Shown piece after piece: positions 63,836 through 64,000 of a stretch of 64,000 nt of DNA. Source of the stretch: an uncultured delta proteobacterium (GTDB taxonomy: Bacteria > Desulfobacterota > Desulfuromonadia > Geobacterales > DSM-12255); NCBI GenBank assembly GCA_963787125.1, contig CAWBBV010000012.1, positions 96,001-160,000 of the forward strand, written 5' to 3'. The notes beneath the pieces were generated by a model that ran no database searches, was not told the DNA's origin, and saw only the letters and a list, made by a program, of their open reading frames with translations. How positions within the stretch are numbered: position 1 is the stretch's first letter; each line of letters opens with the position of its first letter. The position numbers were made by a program, and so were the translations under genes.

Positions 63836-64000
63836 TGTCAAGGACCAGGTTAATTTGCCACCCCCAGGATCAAAGTTATTTGCCACTTTAGGATTTTCAG
63901 GGGTAGCGTTGTAGTTAATCTGCTGACGGTTTTTGAGGTCTTGTTTTCTTTCTAAATGACTCTCCTTTCATAGCAATGTGATGAGCCCGGTGTGCCAGTC
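63836..64000 (-). mobile_element. IS21-family element, right end (continues beyond window)
   Basis: Terminus TGTCAAGG.. with two internal repeats TTAATTTGCCAC / TTATTTGCCAC; istB 3' end inside. Confidence 0.8.
63915..64000 (-). CDS. istB: IstB ATPase C-terminus (partial)
   Basis: Manual translation ..LAHRAHHIAMKGESFRKKTRPQKPSAD*, matches IstB C-terminal 'RL.H...I...G.S.R'. Confidence 0.8.
   Translation of the reverse strand, partial: LAHRAHHIAMKGESFRKKTRPQKPSAD

Overview
Chromosomal window of a Geobacter-like (Desulfuromonadales/Geobacteraceae) deltaproteobacterium; the taxon is inferred from gene content and order. Bases 1-32,005 hold a co-directional lipid A/LPS-core cluster: lpxA, gnnA-like, lpxB, msbA, DUF374, waaA, lpxK, Trm112, four GT9s, several GT2/GT4s, a PbgA/YejM homologue, uge, hldE and galE. 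Inside it, two paralogous GT4 genes bracket a ~9.5-kb cassette. That cassette encodes a Dlt-like acylation module (adenylating enzyme, ACP, MBOAT ending in FLYFQF, two SGNH-type proteins) and a 3-amino-6-deoxyhexose (Fdt/WxcM) pathway. Bases 32,017-37,408 are housekeeping (yicC, gmk, rpoZ, relA/spoT, ridA, rpmB, DUF218). Bases 37,408-44,431 form an accessory DNA-metabolism block: a MITE, a methyltransferase, an RNase H-like gene, a short type IA topoisomerase, a TPR gene and a LexA-box-controlled lexA-small ORF-membrane protein-dinB operon. Then come a DHH-CBS tRNA nucleotidyltransferase, bcp, a second inverted copy of the 162-bp MITE, bioBDA with a BirA operator, queDE, lepAB, an S1 paralogue, a GAF-MCP, panBC and an amidohydrolase. 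The right end looks like a decaying island: a REP-like hairpin, a frameshifted orphan ParB followed by a perfect 26-bp palindrome, a PD-(D/E)xK nuclease pseudogene, and the end of an IS21 element. No rRNA, tRNA or CRISPR array was seen. All calls come from reading motifs by eye; no database searches were run.
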